A DNA stretch of 63,566 bases, counting the filler, from Phoronis australis (taxonomy: Eukaryota; Animalia; Phoronida), in NCBI GenBank assembly GCA_002633005.1. It is 6 parts of 6 records of this genome, joined end to end, with 100 filler letters (N's around TTAATTAATTAA, not from the genome) between each part and the next. Parts side by side here need not be neighbours in the genome. Positions count along the whole stretch, not along the records: positions 60,958 to 63,566 come from NMRA01003560.1; 5 more parts are not named here. One strand, given 5' to 3'. The first letter of the stretch is position 1; each line of letters opens with the position of its first letter. A model generated the notes under the pieces. The model searched no databases. It had not been told where the DNA came from and worked only from the letters and a program-made list of their open reading frames with translations. This document shows, one piece after another, positions 61,871 through 63,566 of this stretch. The position numbers were made by a program, and so were the translations under genes.

Positions 61871-62721
61871 GCGAGAGCGCTTTTTATGAATGGCGTGCAC
61901 TGCGTGCTCTGGAAATTGTTTCCTAAATCATGATGAACGGTGCAGTAATCTGCATGACGAATTCGAGAAGCTCTCTGAAAAATTCCGAAAGGTAATTTTA
62001 TTGTATATTCTGCTGTTGTTTCCCTACAGCCCAGGTTCCAGTGTTCTCCACATCTGAAAATCTTCAACTAACTNNNNNNNNNNNNNNNNNNNNNNNNNNN
62101 NNNNNNNNNNNNNNNNNNNNNNNNNNNNNNNNNNNNNNNNNNNNNNNNNNNNNNNNNNNNNNNNNNNNNNNNNNNNNNNNNNNNNNNNNNNNNNNNNNNN
62201 NNNNNNNNNNNNNNNNNNNNNNNNNNNNNNNNNNNNNNNNNNNNNNNNNNNNNNNNNNNNNNNNNNNNNNNNNNNNNNNNNNNNNNNNNNNNNNNNNNNN
62301 NNNNNNNNNNNNNNNNNNNNNNNNNNNNNNNNNNNNNNNNNNNNNNNNNNNNNNNNNNNNNNNNNNNNNNNNNNNNNNNNNNNNNNNNNNNGACTAAACC
62401 ATCAAAGTCACGTTGTTATAAATACCTTTTGCGCATAGAGGAACACCTTAGGAGGTTGTCGATGTGATTAATTCCTTCCAACTCGAACAAATACTCCCGT
62501 TATGAAACTTTTTCTTCGAGCAGTCCCTATTTCAGTTCCCAAAATCGTGAACTCACCATTTTTATACTGCGCACGCTCCAATTCATGACCTCAATCTTTA
62601 AATAGGCCAAAGGTGAGCCATTGCGGTCTTGTCAGTCAAATGTTCGTTTCCAAAATGCCACCACTTATACTTGTCTTTAATTGGCGTTACTTGAAACTGA
62701 TTGTATTTCAATGAATCATTG

Positions 62722-62995
62722 TTTCGCGGTCAAAGCACAAAAATGTTCCCAAAAAGTCAACGCATCGAGCCTCCTTGGACAGTTCGATGTCAAGGACGGT
62801 ACGGAATTATCCGGTGAGTTACAGATGGGTGGCAATTGCCGGTTCATCACGGAAGATTACGAAATGGTTTGGAGTTATCGATGTCATGACACTCCGTGAC
62901 AAATCGGCAATTGCCGTACCGCCCTTGACCTCGAACCGTCCAAGGAGGCTCGATGGGTTGGCTTTTTGGGAACATTTTTATGCTTTGACCACAAA
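62722..62995. repeat. Foldback inverted repeat (~100-bp arms), probable MITE
   Basis: ggtcaaagcacaaaaatgttcccaaaaagtcaacgcatcgagcctccttggacagttcga mirrored by tcgaaccgtccaaggaggctcgatgggttggctttttgggaacatttttatgctttgacc. Confidence 0.85.
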
Positions 62996-63566
62996 TTTTT
63001 TGCGATCTCGCTGGAGCAGGACACCGCGTGAATGGTATTAGAAGAAAGAACGATTGCTAATGGTTTGTTGAAACCTTATTTTGTGTAAATTCATTTAGTT
63101 TTGTGCTTGATATGGACGGCTGAAGTGAAGCACCCGTGGAATTTCTGGTCGGGAGTGTCATACATTACCTTGTAGTATTATATATGGTGTATTGGGGGAT
63201 CAGAAGCTGAGGACGCCTGTGGTTGAAAGTGGATCGTGATTTGAATTCAACATAATGACTATCACTACATAAACCATATCTTTATTCAATCTTTTTGTAA
63301 ACCAACCTTCACACCCTCTATTGGGCCTATCCTACAGGCACAAAGACGTCAAAAATAGTCACTTGGCGCTGCCATACATGTTGCGTGGCCTGAATTTTGA
63401 ACTCAAGGTCGAAAGCAAACATCTCGTGGATTATGAAAATGCGTTTGAAGTTTTATTTCACAAATAAATTTTTCACTCATGTTAACAATTTTTAAACTTG
63501 GACATTCATCACGGCAAAATCACCAATCCAAAAACAAAATGGCCTATTTCAATCGCCTTATTCAAA

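Noticed and set aside
62540-62580. Minus-strand aaaATG|gtgagt as an upstream DRAP1 exon
   Set aside because: DRAP1 already has its conserved start codon and promoter motifs at 61752-61870, and nothing else supports this exon.

Overview
This is eukaryotic (animal, probably invertebrate bilaterian), intron-rich genomic DNA, not prokaryotic. It consists of six sequence blocks joined by artificial 100-bp spacers (44N-TTAATTAATTAA-44N), so adjacency across spacers is unproven. Hand-spliced gene models by block: block 1 (1-21475) has the 5' five coding exons of IDH3G (-), a candidate orphan 4-exon ORF head-to-head with it (+), and the last three exons of HDHD5/CECR5 (-). Block 2 (21576-46127) has a complete 6-exon gene for a 128-aa secreted four-EF-hand protein; its third intron holds a decayed hAT transposon and a decayed intronless TatD-like nuclease. 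Block 3 has CEP76 exons (+), block 5 has TUBGCP6 exons (+), and block 6 has the first coding exon and promoter of DRAP1 (-). The rest is MITEs/non-autonomous DNA transposons (notably several CA-ended elements with 5-bp target-site duplications), minisatellites and a tRNA-derived SINE-like head. I found no CRISPR, rRNA or intact tRNA. Gene names come from recalled protein similarity, not from a database search. I found no clear-cut novel system. The best leads are the secreted EF-hand gene, the orphan ORF, the TatD relic and the 5-bp-TSD hAT-like family.
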